A DNA stretch of 34,661 nucleotides from a virus (taxonomy: Duplodnaviria; Caudoviricetes), in the IMG/VR virus record IMGVR_UViG_3300048579_000438, positions 1-34,661 of that record; one strand, written 5' to 3'. Below, piece by piece: positions 34,087 through 34,661 of the stretch. A program made the position numbers and the translations under genes. The first letter of the stretch is position 1. Every line of letters begins with the position of its first letter. The notes below the pieces were generated by a model. That model worked only from the letters and a program-made list of their open reading frames with translations, made no database searches and was not told the DNA's origin.

Positions 34087-34661
34087 TGACTGAAGTAACC
34101 GGACTACGCGAGTTTTTAAAGAAAATGGATGCGGTTGCCGATGTTTACAACCGTATCCCCAATGAAGTTGCCATCATTGCTGTAAATTTTACGAAAGAAC
34201 GCTTTCGGGATCAGGCATGGCTCGACAAAACACGCGAGCCCTGGAAAGAACGATCTAAGAAACGCCCAGGTAAGAAGCGAAGCCAGACGTTACTGGTAGA
34301 TAAAGGCCGATTGAAAAGAAGCATTCGCAAAGTATTGGTTACTCAATCGCTCATTGTAATTGGTACCGATGTTCGTTATGCTCAAGCTTTGAATGACGGT
34401 TTTAAGGGTACAATAAACCAACGGGTAAAGGCTCACGAACGGGCAAAAACCAAGTTTGGCATTGCCTCACGAAAGTCATTTAAACGAAGTACCAGGATTG
34501 AATATGGTCGGGTTCGGGTGGGTACAATTAAAGTAAAGGCATTTACCAGAAAGATCAGGCAGAATATACCGGCGCGTCCTTTCATAGGTGCAAGTGAAAC
34601 CCTCGAACGTAGGATTTTCATGCACATTTATTATCGCTTTGAAGAGGTTTTAAACAAATAG
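34086..34661 (+). CDS. Virion morphogenesis protein (Mu gpG/P2 S-like)
   Basis: F..Q..W..R..L.D.G.L.RSI..IGTDV.YA...N.G..IPARPFIG. Confidence 0.85.
   Translation: MTEVTGLREFLKKMDAVADVYNRIPNEVAIIAVNFTKERFRDQAWLDKTREPWKERSKKRPGKKRSQTLLVDKGRLKRSIRKVLVTQSLIVIGTDVRYAQALNDGFKGTINQRVKAHERAKTKFGIASRKSFKRSTRIEYGRVRVGTIKVKAFTRKIRQNIPARPFIGASETLERRIFMHIYYRFEEVLNK

Larger units (their letters stand above)
1..34661. mobile_element. Mu-like transposable prophage (contractile tail), partial; ends outside the window
   Basis: Repressor/cro switch, DDE transposase followed by MuB-like ATPase, GemA-like, DUF3164, DUF935-type portal, MuF, DUF1320, sheath/tube/baseplate genes in one continuous block. Confidence 0.95.

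Noticed and set aside
1-34661. Phage ends (TG...CA, MuA sites) and the many short antisense or overlapping track ORFs
   Set aside because: The window starts and ends exactly at gene stops, so no termini are visible; shadow ORFs lie on well-supported genes and have no recognisable motifs

Overview
The whole window is an internal segment of a Mu-like (transposable) myovirus-type prophage, most likely from a Bacteroidota host (TTTG-N19-TAnnTTTG promoter, A-rich translation starts without Shine-Dalgarno motifs, gene families I recognise from Bacteroidetes prophages). No phage end is visible. Left to right: repressor (-) and cro-like switch with repeated operators; early operon (+) with BRO antirepressor, ATPase, MuA transposase, MuB, GemA-like, DUF3164, C5-methyltransferase and HAD-like genes up to a bidirectional terminator at ~12.03 kb; a long late operon (-) running tRNA-fMet, Clp protease/scaffold, capsid, sheath, tube, frameshifted chaperone, baseplate, lysis and an SGNH tail fibre; and a divergent late operon (+) with terminases, connector, a portal-MuF-PBECR2-like nuclease fusion, tape measure and gpG-like gene. 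Most striking non-coding signals: (1) three ~45-nt 'mini-tRNAs' with no anticodon arm plus one tRNA with a broken anticodon arm, all at early-operon gene junctions; (2) a ~105-nt structured RNA candidate with its own promoter motif, convergent on the putative nuclease domain, where an immunity gene would be expected; (3) an initiator tRNA with an atypical C38; (4) several families of short palindromic or heptamer repeats, four of them in frame inside genes; (5) in-frame gene fusions with probable internal starts. All protein calls come from motif recognition by eye; no searches or folding programs were run.
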